Below, one piece after another: positions 28,887-40,552 of a DNA stretch of 64,000 nt (the first letter of the stretch is position 1; the number at the start of each line of letters is the position of its first letter). The translations under genes and the position numbers were made by a program. The notes beneath the pieces were generated by a model that worked only from the letters and a program-made list of their open reading frames with translations, did not search any database and was not told where the DNA came from. This stretch comes from Spironucleus salmonicida (Eukaryota). The stretch lies in assembly GCF_000497125.1 (NCBI RefSeq), contig NC_090597.1, positions 383,797 through 447,796 of the forward strand, in the 5' to 3' direction.

Positions 28887-29854
28887 ATGGAAACAAAGTG
28901 CGACAACGGTTCTAAAACATGCCCACTATGCACGCATGTCCATCCGATGCCACTACCTCTAATGAGAAAAACTGTGTCTAGTGCAATATTGTCGGTAACG
29001 ACGGCTGCAATGCTTGTGCAGCTGATGATGCTGACGTCTGCACTGGGTGCAACCCAAAATTTTACTTTGACCCCGACACTACCGAATGCGTTGCATGCTC
29101 CTCCAACTGCTCTACTTGCGATAGTGCGGTTCAATGCACTGTCTGCGCCACCGGCTTCAAACTAGATGGTGGCACATGCGTAGCCTCTGATGTGATCGCA
29201 TGCGATGCAGATAATTCTTGATAAGACGACTAATTCTGCGAGATAAAGACCTCTGGGAACACTTGTATTCCTTGTCCTGCTTCTTGTAAGAAATGTACTA
29301 GCTTGACAAAGTGCAAAGAATGCAAAAATTACCACGATATGAATACTGACTAGACATGCACGGAATAATGCAAAGGGTTTATAGAGGTTTTATAAGCATG
29401 CGTAAACAACATAATTATCCCTTGTGGTAGCTACAAGCAATAGACCTCCTGCAGGTGCGGTCCTGTTGCTTAGAACTGCCTCACTTGTTAGGCTACTGCA
29501 GTACCAGAGGGTGGAACATGTACAGATGCTCGTTGTACATGTGGAAAAGATAGTCCTGACACTTGCACGGGTTGCATTGATCTGACTAACTATAGATTTG
29601 CGAATGAAAAATGCATTGGTCTTGGTACTAATAAATGCTTAACTTGCCTTCCTGGTTATATTTTTAAAGATGATAATTGCACTGATTGTGCAGTAGCGGC
29701 TGAAAAAGTAGGGGACTTTTGCGTCATCCCAAGAAAGGAGGCTGGTAACCTCTCAGGTGGCGCGGTAAGCGGAATTATGATTGCTGTGCTTATAGTGGTT
29801 GGTACTGTCGGCGGAGGTCTGGCGTATTACTTCATTAAGAGGGCCAATAAGTGA
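28887..29854 (+). pseudogene. Recently inactivated CRMP1-type gene (or consensus error)
   Basis: METKCDNGSKTCP, then a 1-nt frameshift near 28926-28937, then an in-frame TGA at 29219-29221 in a Cys position; otherwise intact to [14 protein letters not shown]. Confidence 0.85.
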
Positions 29855-29896
29855 AAATTATTTGAGTTTTTCACATTAATATTCTAGTATTAACAT

Positions 29897-32800
29897 AATA
29901 TATGAAATTTAATAATTGACTTTTCAGAAATAAATTCTATCATTGTTCCCATTATTAATTTAAATTATGCGAGATATATACTGAATTTAATATTATTGGA
30001 TCGGAGCTTAATTAAAGCTACTTTTCTAAATAAAATTTCAAAACTCAGCTAGAAATGGTTTACGAAGCTTTAATAAAACGATATTGAGACTGCAAATACC
30101 ATTGAGCAATATGTATTATTTCTATGCTATTGAATTATTTTAAATGACATGAAATTTCATTATTGTCATTCACTGCGTAATGGATATTATTCCTTAGGTA
30201 GCTCTACTATTAGTTAGATTTCATTCTCTTCTAAACTAAGAATAGGTTATTTTAATATAATATATAGTTAATATTAAATTATAATTTGCATGAAGTATCT
30301 CTAATATTAACTAGTATCAAATATAGAATGAAATAACTTTGAACATCATGTCTAGTAATTAGGAAATATTACCATGAAACCTAATAACCTTTTACTCTTA
30401 TGCTAAGCAAAATGTACTAAATCATCCTATATATAAAAAGCACAATCACATTGAATGAAAACTCACTTCCATCCTGCCCGCACCCTAGCAAGACTCTTGA
30501 CTATTTTAAAATGTCCATATTCTATTATTCCACTTCAGCAACATACCTCTGCTATACCTAGCAGCCTGAGTTTTCTTGGCTCTAGTGGATAAGCCTTAAA
30601 ACTTGCAGATTCGAAGTCCTTGCTAGCCGTGAATTTATGATTATACACAGCCCTACTCATATGAAAATGCTAATTTTCATCAGTTTACTTGGTACAATCT
30701 AAGCAACTCATTAACAAGACACGCTCCAAAACTCGAATCCTAAAATTGCTAAATGCTACAATTTATTAATATACCTAACATAGAATACCACATAATGGCA
30801 GGTAACTGTATCACCGCGATATGACCATACTGTTAGGCCCTCCATTTATTGACCCAACTCCGGGTTACTGCCTGCTGCTTCAATGAGTTAAAGAGAATTA
30901 GAACTTGCGAGCAGAAATTTGAATTCAAATAAACGTGTTAATGCGGTTCTATACGGGTGTAAACACTCCACAATAATAATATTTGCATCATTTTCTGATA
31001 TTTAGCACCAAACTAATTATTGATTATACTTTTTTGGTAACCTATGTATGATAAAGATTATTACACCGGGTAGAATAAAATAAAAGTATACAATGAAGTT
31101 ATTATAATTTATTTTTCCCCATACTTTAGTTGAATCAGCATCAACTAACTAGATATTTTAACTATTGAACTTTTGATATGATTAATTAAAAGTGGTCGTT
31201 GTTTTTTCTTGACGATGAACATATAACCACAAAGCCTGCAATTCGACCAACCGTAGCTAACACGTCTATAACTACATCAATAATATACATAATACTTATT
31301 TGGTAGTATGTGAATGTAATATACCATTAGTAAGAGAATAATCAGTTTAACATTTAGATATAACCCTGCAGAACTAAGTCACAATCAAAAAATGCTAAAA
31401 GATCATTTATGGTTTCAAAAAAAACATATCATAATTTCATTATTCTGTTATGAACCATAAAGAAATTTAGCCTTTCGGACACGGATAAATATCATTTTAC
31501 TCTTTTTTTGATGGAGGCTTATTACTCTATCTTAAATATTCTTTGCTAATGTTTTGCTTATTATATTTATCATTTATATGTTAAATGTATTGCGATTGAG
31601 TTTAGAGTTTGACAGATTTATTATTCTATTATACTATTTTATAGTTTAGATTTTATATTTATTTTACTTGTTATTTAAGAAAATATGTATTATCGTAACT
31701 AGGATTATTTTTTATTAAACGTATAAGATTAGGTTTCTGCTATCGTATTTTAATATTGATAATTATATTTTTGTTATATTATTTTAGTTCTTATTCAATT
31801 TATTTGCATAGAATTTATTGCGACGTCAGGATTTTCTTAATATTAGAGTTTCATTTATTGGTATGAAAAATGATTCAAATACATAAAACGCCATATTGAA
31901 TTTGAAAGTTCATACCATTGAATTATTTTCATATTGCAGACCGTTGAAACACAATCGCATACGCGCTCATATTTCTCACGACCCGCTGTAGCCTAAACGA
32001 ACTTTGAAATGAAGTTTTTAAGTATAATAAAACAGCTTTACAAAATAATTTTTAAATTATGCAAAACATAAATTTCTGTAGCAGCAAAAGGTACAAGAAA
32101 AATGAAAAGTGATGTGTACCTTTTGGTTTTGTTAAAATAAATTATTCATAATTGGTTTTATTAAACTGAAATTGATCATGCACTTTTTGCTTCTCTCTGT
32201 TCGATTTCCTACTATGTGGTTGTACGGTTTCAGCTATTACTTAAAACTTCGCTATTTGCTAATTGTTTTCATAAAATATACTAAATAATAATTACGCACA
32301 TTTTTAAATAGCATATGGTAATTTAGAGCTATTAAGTAATTAGTTTGTGTCTGGTATACTAAACTATTTTGTGCTCAACTATTTATTAATACAAGTAATC
32401 CTGAAAAATCAATATAATGCAAAAGCCTAGTTAATTCGCTTAAAACGAATTAGAATAAGCAAGTTACATCCAAAGTTTAACACAAATCAGCGAGAAATAT
32501 ATTTTGTGTACATTTAACTTCTTATAAAATATGAAATTTATATCTAAACTAATTTATTTTTCTAATTGACATAATTTAGCTATTAATACCAATTTTTAGC
32601 AAATTGCATCTTTTAACCTATTCTATTAAGTATTGTTATTAATGAGAGTATACTATAACCAAGCATCAGAAATTATTCAATCACTATATCCAATTGGTTC
32701 ATTATTTATAATTCACTAAATATATTATAATAAATGAAGTAACTATAATCTGTTTGTATCTTATCATATGTGTATAATAATTATAAAATGAACCACCAAA

Positions 32801-33189
32801 TTATATTTTACAAAAGCAATATTACATATGTATAAACTGATAATTCATTAAATGAAAAGTCTGTTAACCTGAAAGTGTTTATTAGATAGATATAGGTTAA
32901 TTTATGAAGTTTCTGTAATAATTAAGTATTTAAATATAACCATTTATATTAATATAATCTATTTTTATATAAGTATATCCAATCTGTGATTTAATAATTA
33001 TATATTACTACAATTAATATAGTATTATTGCTGTTTAAAAACTAAAACTCATATCATCATTTACATCAAGTTTAATATAATATTTCGAAGTTCTATTTTC
33101 AGAAAATGACCGAAACTGGGACTTGCTCAAATACCGTCCTCAACTGCAAGGCTGGATATTTTTGCCCTGCAGAAGATTCAACGACCGTA
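29897..33189 (+). repeat. Segmental duplication copy B (copy A at ~5530-8810)
   Basis: Direct repeat of copy A, including the CRMP-tail relic (~31110-31310) and an identical CRMP start region. Confidence 0.95.
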
Positions 33190-34041
33190 AATTGTGAGCC
33201 ATGCTCTGAAGATATGGTATATGGGTAAAGTTGTTACTGCTAAGACAGCAAATACATAAGCAACTGCCAAGAATGTGCGGGAAATCAATGCTCTAAATGC
33301 GTGCGTAATACATTTTTATCAAATAATAAATGTCTCGACTGTCCTTCAAACTGCGATACCTGTGCAAATAACAATTCTTGCATTACGTGCTCCGAAGGCT
33401 ACGAAAAGAACCAAAATACCGGAATTTGTGAAGTATCCTGTAAAAACGAAGATGGTTATCAGCCCATTGAAGTATATTTAGGTGAACAATCTACATAAAT
33501 GGCTTTATCTCGCATTGCGAATTGCATCCTTTCCGATTCAGACAAAATTTGCTATTTCTGCAGCCCTCAAGGATATGTCACTACAGTAGAAGGATAATGT
33601 ACTAAAAATTGCGAAAATATTTAAAACGGAAACTACTGCAAAGACGGTGTTCCAACGGCGTGTGTTGAAGGTCTGACGTCATAATGCACGTGTGGCATTG
33701 CTAAAAATTGTGAGTCTTGTGATGAAACCGGAAACAAGTGCAAAAAGTGTTTGCCTCATATATAAGTTGACTCAACTGGAGAATGCGGAAAATGCGATGA
33801 TGGATACGAATTACATGCTAAACTGTGCTGGTTATCTGAAATTAAGGATCCACCAGCTCCACCGCCAGTTCCAGTTCCAGGACCAGTTCCAGTTGTTGTA
33901 AATAAGTTGGGTGGTGGTGCTATCGCAGGAATCACAATAGCTGTAGTGATAGTTGTAGGGGTAGTTTGTGTCGGCACATTTTTGTTTCTGAAAAAGAAAT
34001 TTTACAATGTTGCTGTAGAAATAAGAAATAATTTAAAGTGA
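33106..34041 (+). CDS. Cysteine-rich membrane protein with Pro-rich stalk, 311 aa
   Basis: [21 protein letters not shown]...[53 protein letters not shown]...K*. Confidence 0.9.
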
Positions 34042-36113
34042 TTTAAAATATGCTTAAATTAGATTTTTTTAATAAATAAGTCTTCAGTCTTTGGCTTGGT
34101 AGTACTTGTTATAAAAATATCTATAATTATAGGAAAAATTAAAAATAAATACTGTTAAAACTCTCTGTATTACAGCAATAAATCCTTTTAATACAAATGT
34201 GTAGTTAACACTTCATACTGTAAAACTTATTTTAAGAAAAAATTATCAACAAAGAATTTAAAACTTATGATATATACTATAATATTTCATGTTAAACTTT
34301 TTATATTCTATTATAAGAAAAAAGTTATTTTTATTTTTCTTCTTTCTCTCTGATATTTTATGTTATTTATATTGACTTTAATTACTTTTCATCTTTTCAT
34401 GACATAATCTACACTAATTAAACTTACCTTAGCATTTACTGCAGCATGCATGTAAACTGACATCAGAAGCATTCACATTAGTTTTTTAGTTTTAGAAATA
34501 TGTTCCTATTATATAGGGAAAGTATCATGAATTTATCAGTACTTTATTATAGGCAAATCATATATAAGACTAAGTAATAATTTATCCAAGTATTTTCTAA
34601 GTCATATGTTAAATTTTGATTCAAATTTTACCAGAACAAAAACTGCTAGCAAGACAAATCTACAAAAGATACAAAAATACATGAGTAGCCCAAAAACTTA
34701 GCTTGCGTTCTATTAAATGATTTAAAGATAATACGTAAAGTTATACAACTCTCCCATATTTGCTATTAGATATTTATTTCCCAGGTGACAACCTATCGTA
34801 CTAATTTCCACCAGCATCGTAAGTAATAAATAACATACTCGGTGTGGCCAACACATACAACTTTGGTATTTTTATCTTTCCATTCTGTAACTCAAAAATT
34901 GCGACATTTTGCTGATACATATTAGAACAATTTTAAGTCCTTTTATTGGCATGAAAACTTATATCTATTGATTCTTATAGTTCCAATTAGTCTTCTTTTA
35001 TGTCTTATGTAAATTATATTGATTCAAATGAAGTAAGTAACTCTCTATAGTTAAGAGTGTTAAATAATCATTATAGAGCTTAGCAATATATTGAATATAT
35101 CTTACAATTTATTACTTCCACTATTTTATTGCAAAATTTCACTGTGTAGCAATATCCCATAAATGAATCACCACATAGTCTAAACAGTAAACTTCACGTA
35201 CAAGGTTTAGAGGATGTTTATGCTTTATGTTTACATACTCCCTTATACCAACTTATAGCTAATCAATAGCTTTGTGATCCATAAATTGTGTTTTAATCCA
35301 TTCTTCACAAATATCTTCGCATTATATTTATACAGCGTTGAACGAAGTCATTGGATACTTTATTTATATCTAGTGTATGTGCTTTTTTATCATTCTACTT
35401 GCTCATTAAATTTAACTGGAAGTATTTTCATCTTGCACTAGCTAGTGTTTCTACTATTATACGTTCTCATTCTCATATATATCATTTTGTGATAAAAGAT
35501 TTAGTATCAGCTGTTATTTTAGCCCTTGCTCCCCACAACCTCATTAAAATATCAAGCAGGTCAATATTTATAAAAATAAATAACTGGATAGTAATTATTT
35601 TACAGCAGCTGATGCTAGTGTATGCCTTAGTTAAAATAATGACTTAATCTAGAAGTGGGTATATTTTCATCATAGTACTTTAGATACTAAAGTATTTGGA
35701 GTTATCCATCGTTACTGTTTACTAGAATTCTTAAAAACGTAGTTGCATATGTTTAGTAGTTGATTCTAGAACTGGTAGCTATAATTATTAATTAAAAATG
35801 ATTATTAAGTGGGCTCCAAAATTTGGTCAATTTTCAGAATTTGGAGTGGTAAATAAATAAGCATGAATTGAAAATTAATCTCCTAAAGCAAAATAAAGTA
35901 AAAGTAAATAATATAATTATTATGTTATGGTCCTGTACCAGTATATCATTTTACGACAAAAAATCAAAACATACTTAGGTACTTCAGTGTTAAAAAGATA
36001 CTGTAAAATATTTACGGATTGAATATTTTATATAAGCTTATTGATAATCATATCAATATAATAATATAATGCATTTATTTATGATTCTAATTAAAATTGA
36101 TTTCATTTTTAGA

Positions 36114-36957
36114 ATGTTTGGAATCTTACTTGCTCAATATCGTATTGTCTTGGTTCATGGTTATTCCTAATCTGAAATTACCTTGATTATATGAGGAAGA
36201 TGATTAAAAAGGAAATTCCCGACACAATTGTAGTAAACTGTGAAATTGGAAGTGGTAAATGGGACTCCATGTTTATGGATATATCACACCAAATAAAGCT
36301 TCTAGTATAATGTATCAATTAACATAAAATTACTACGCATGGATATATTGGTGTTGGACATAGTTAAGGTGCATATTTAATGAGAGCTTTGTTAGAAGAA
36401 TTTAATCATGAAATGGCTCCAATGGTTAGATTTATTTCTCTCTCGGGTCCATAGGGCGGGTTTTTCTGTGGGGTTTAATCTAAGTGTTGGGGAAAATAAT
36501 TACCTAGGCTTGTCTAGAAATTGATCTTTTTGTTAGAGTATTCTAGGATTATTTAGGTTAATATCGCACCTTCTCAATATTGGAGAAATCCGTATAAATT
36601 AAAAGCATTCACTAAAAATGCTAGATCTTTGCCATTTATAGATAATTAACGACGATATAATCAGTAAAGGAAAATAAATTTTATGTCAGTAGATAAAATT
36701 ATTTTATTTGGAGGAGAAACTGATGAAACTATTTCACCATGGTAAAGTGCATTTTTGGGGTATGGAAAGTTAATTCTGACTCAGAAGCAGAACTGTATTA
36801 TGAACGGGATATATACAAAAATGATACATTTGGGCTAAAATCTATGGTTGAATAAGATAGGGTTATTTTTGAAACTATAGCACTATTTCATGGTGAATAT
36901 GTTACAGATGAATAGTTTATATTACAGAGACTTATGCCATATTTACGAATGAGATGA
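36114..36957 (+). pseudogene. Palmitoyl-protein thioesterase (PPT family) with two 1-nt frameshifts
   Basis: IVLVHG, GHSQG nucleophile motif, FISLSGPQGG, QYWRNP, DETISPWQS, DIYKNDTFGLK and H of LFHGE. The frame breaks at ~36181 (CC) and ~36752-36756 (T5). May be an intact gene with assembly indels. Confidence 0.85.
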
Positions 36958-37085
36958 TAATTCACAAATATTTAATCTATTAATATAAAATTAAGTTTTT
37001 TATCCCTACATCAAATTATTCAAAGACAAGTAATCTAAACATTCTTCAATAGTCGTAACATGGCTCAATATATTAATTTATCAGC

Positions 37086-37970
37086 TCACTGAACACCTAC
37101 ATGCCTAGGAAGTTCCACAGGTACCCATCTTAACTTAATACTCTTCATATCTTCAATTTTACCGATTTCATATTTAATAGTTTTTCTGACTCTTTTAGGT
37201 GGTAATAATGACCTTAATGTCTTCTCTCTTGGATCAGGCTTTTCAGCACCTTCTTCCTCTGGCTCTTTTTCTTCTTCGCCTTCTTCACCCTCTTTCTTCT
37301 AATCTAACTTTTCTTAGTCTTCAGCCATCTCATCCTCAATAGATTTTTCAATGTCCTCTTCATTCTCATTCTCATTCTCGTTTTCTATCTCTTCCTCTTC
37401 TTTAATAATTGGATTGATTTCAATAAATTCTCCCTACTATTCCCAGTTACCATTAACCCACTTACCTTCTCCGAATGGCTAATTTAATCTAAATCCACCA
37501 ATCCACTTGCTACCATCTCTGAGTGTCAACTCACCTTAAATTATTCTACCAAATTCAAAAGTCCCAGTAGAAATTGAGTCACATGAACGATAGTAATACT
37601 TACCCTTTCCGTGAGGAAGGCCTTTAAGCCATTCACCTTCATAATAATCGAGATTAGGGTATTCTATTCTGCCGTAGCCTTCTCTCACTGAATTTACAAA
37701 TTCTCCCTCATAAACTGTACCATTAGCGTATCTCATAGTACCGCGACCATTTCTGAGTCCATTTTAATAAGCACCATGATACTTAACACCTAGATAAGCA
37801 AAACGATAAGTACCCTGACCAGAGCGGAGACCGGATTCAAAGTTTCCAACATACACATCTTTATTAGGATATTCCGAACGTCCACGTCCATGACGCTCGC
37901 CAAGTTCATTTCTAGGACCGTCGTATCTTCCTATATTAATAATAGGTACTTCTGGTGATTCGTCTTCCAT
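37086..37970 (-). CDS. MORN-repeat protein, radial spoke head 1 (RSPH1)-like, 294 aa
   Basis: GRYDGPRNELGERHGRG..YPNKDVYVGNF followed by ~7 MORN repeats and a Glu-rich tail; stop CAGTGA. Confidence 0.88.
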
Positions 37971-37972
37971 TA

Positions 37973-37988
37973 AATTTGGAGTGGTAAA
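37973..37988 (-). promoter_or_regulatory. C-rich upstream element (TTTACCACTCCAAATT) just before the MORN gene ATG
   Basis: A CCACTYC core also lies shortly upstream of the ATGs of the kinase (38393-38399) and ArfGAP (52703-52709), and CCACT precedes the 50395 gene. Confidence 0.5.
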
Positions 37989-38409
37989 ATTGCGCAATTT
38001 TTTTCAATATAAGTGCTATTTATATATCAGGTTATGGATTGATATTTGATGCTAAAAATATGAACTTTATTGCGTATTCTTTATTTGTTAAACATTTGCT
38101 TATTATCTATTAAAGGAGACTCAAAATCACAATTAAGAAAGTTGTATTTATTACATACATCTAAAATCAACGTTAAAAATAAACTTAAATGGAAACTCCA
38201 ATTTTGATAGCTCTCCGACGTCACCAAGCCCGCAACATAATCTAACGCTAATTAGGACCAGCGGACATTATTTTTAGTATTTTTTTCTTAATTTTTAAAG
38301 TGCTTTCACTTAATCTTTTTCCCCACTCCAATAATACATATTTCTAACTTAAAATTAAATTTATATAATAATGATATATCTATCAGTTTTCACCACTTCA
38401 AAAAATTTA

Positions 38410-40011
38410 ATGCACCCCTTAAACTTCCTCCTAACGCGCACCTCGAAGTTCGGTAAGAAAACACAGAAAACGCTATCATTAGCTCCGAATGCTGTCTCTT
38501 CCGCCTCGCAAAAATTTGACAAAAAAGCGTCGTAAATTCACGGCCTGCACGTCTCACGGACCAACAAAAACGCCTTTGCGATTTCGCTCATCGAGCCCGT
38601 TATTTTCGAAACCGACGAGGCAGACCAGGTCGCGCAGATCATAGAGGCCTGGAGGGAGCTCAAACTCGGCCAGATCTTCTACGACGACGAGATTTTGACC
38701 GTTCAGGGCGAGGAACCGCCGCAGACCCCAAAAATCGCCCAAACGCAGCCAATATCCTAACAAACCTCCCAGCAAAACGCCCCGCTAACGGTCCAAAAAA
38801 TCCAGCCGCAATCGCCGCCGCTAAACCACGGAAACGCGAACCCGCTGGCCATGCACCACCTTTCGAAGCTCCCGCGCTTCCCGAAGCCCCCAAATTCGGC
38901 AGAAAAGCTCATGAAACCGCAGAATTTCGAACTGGTCGCCAGCGTCGGAAAAGGCAGTTTCGGCCAGGTATTTCTCGTGCGGCGCGTTGACGACAACCGC
39001 TTTTTCGCGATGAAAGTGCTCAAAAAACGCGCAGTAATCGACAGGAAGCAGCTGAACCACCTGCGCGCCGAGCACACGATTTTGCAGTCCGTGACGCACC
39101 CGTACTGCGTGAAACTGCACCATTCCTTCCAGACCAGAACGCGCCTTTTCTTCATTCTGGACTTCGCGCTGGGCGGCGAAATGTTCCACCACCTGAAGAA
39201 ACAGGGCCAGTTTCCTGAAATTCTGTCCATTTTCTACCTCGCGGAGGCCGTTCTCGCCTTCGAATATTTGCACGAATTCGACATCGTTTTCAGGGACACG
39301 AAGCCCGAAAACCTGCTTCTGGACGGCTACGGACACGTCGTTTTGACCGATTTCGGCCTCGCGAAGTGCGGCGTTTCGGCCGATTCTACAGATTCAATCG
39401 GATATTCTACGAAAACTTTCTGCGGGACGCCGGATTACCTGAGCGCCGAAATCGTCGCCAGCGTCGCGCACGGGAAGGCCGTTGACGTCTGGAGCGTCGG
39501 GGCGCTCCTGTACGAAATGCTCGTCGGCCAGGCGCCGTTCAGCTACGGAAACGGCGCCGGAACGGCTCCGAATCGCAGCGAGCTCTACAGGCGGATTCTG
39601 CGCGGAAACGTCATCTTCCCGGCGCACGTTTCGGAGCCCGCGCGGCAGCTCATTCTGGCCTGCATGCAGCGGCGCCCCAAGGACCGGCCCACGATGGCCG
39701 AATTGCGCGATTTCGAGCTCTTCCAGGGCGTGAATTGGGAGAAACTGGCGCGCAGGGAGGTCCCGCCGCCGCAGAAGATCAAAATCGAGGAGAACTGCAT
39801 AAAGGCCGTCGAGGGCCGCCTGGCGCAGAATTCGGGCGACAGCATCTACAAGTACATCATGCCTGACAACCTCGTGGCGCATTTCGACCCCAGGTTCACG
39901 CAGGAGCCGCCCACGCTCGCCCCGAGCACCGCGCAGGACGGCGTTACGGCGGAGGAGGACAAGAATTTCAGGGAGTTCAACTGGACCAGTCCGGATGCGT
40001 TCAGGTAGTGA
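38410..40011 (+). CDS. AGC-family Ser/Thr kinase (PKB/Akt-SGK-S6K-like) with putative divergent N-terminal PH domain, 533 aa
   Basis: GKGSFG, AMKVL, FRDTKPEN, DFG, TFCGTPDY and an AGC C-tail (HFDPRFT, FREFNW). In table 6 the ORF extends 147 codons upstream of the track start at 38851 and ends TAG-TGA. Confidence 0.93.
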
Positions 40012-40105
40012 GGGGGTTGAGTTGAGTTGAGTTGGGGTGTTATATCAGTTAGTGAGGGGATTTTGATGAAATTTGGGGTGTTATATCAGGTGATTTTGGG
40101 GATTT

Positions 40106-40144
40106 TGATGAAATCTGATGAAATCTGATGAAATCTGATGAAAT
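40106..40144 (+). repeat. 10-bp tandem repeat (TGATGAAATC) x~4
   Basis: Directly visible downstream of the kinase; nearby TTGGGGTGTTATATCAG occurs twice (~40032, ~40073). Confidence 0.9.
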
Positions 40145-40552
40145 TTAAATGGCTAAAACGCAAGATTTGGGGTAAGTAGGTGACATTAAAATGCTGGGCG
40201 ATTAGCGCGAAATCAGTGAAATGAAATTCTGCAGTTCGGGTTTAAAATCGATAAAATCGTGTTGGGGTTGGCGCGAAACGTCGAAAGAAAGGTGAAACGT
40301 GAAAAGCGAAGTTGATTAGAAAATATATAATAATAGCTAATTTTGGAGTGAAAAATAATATCAATTATATATGTTAACAAAGTGAATTTAAAAAGAAGTG
40401 GAATTTGATAATTTAGTTTTTAATATATTAATATTATGTAAATTATAATATAATTATAAGATTAGTAGTTTAAAAAATAAATTGAAGTAAAAACCTAGTT
40501 TTCTAACTAACTATAAACTATATAAAACTATGAGATATTCGTAGTTTCCAAA

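Noticed and set aside
29219-29221. In-frame TGA at a Cys position as selenocysteine
   Set aside because: The same gene also has a frameshift, no SECIS-like hairpin was evident downstream, and TGY to TGA is the easiest nonsense change in Cys-rich genes.
38554-39882. Long antisense and alternate-frame ORFs over the kinase (and likewise over HAD and the CRMPs)
   Set aside because: Shadows of GC-rich or Cys-codon-rich sense genes; no recognisable motifs.
40106-40144. TGATGA/CTGA words as a box C/D snoRNA or CRISPR-like array
   Set aside because: A simple 10-bp tandem repeat with no spacers or guide region.
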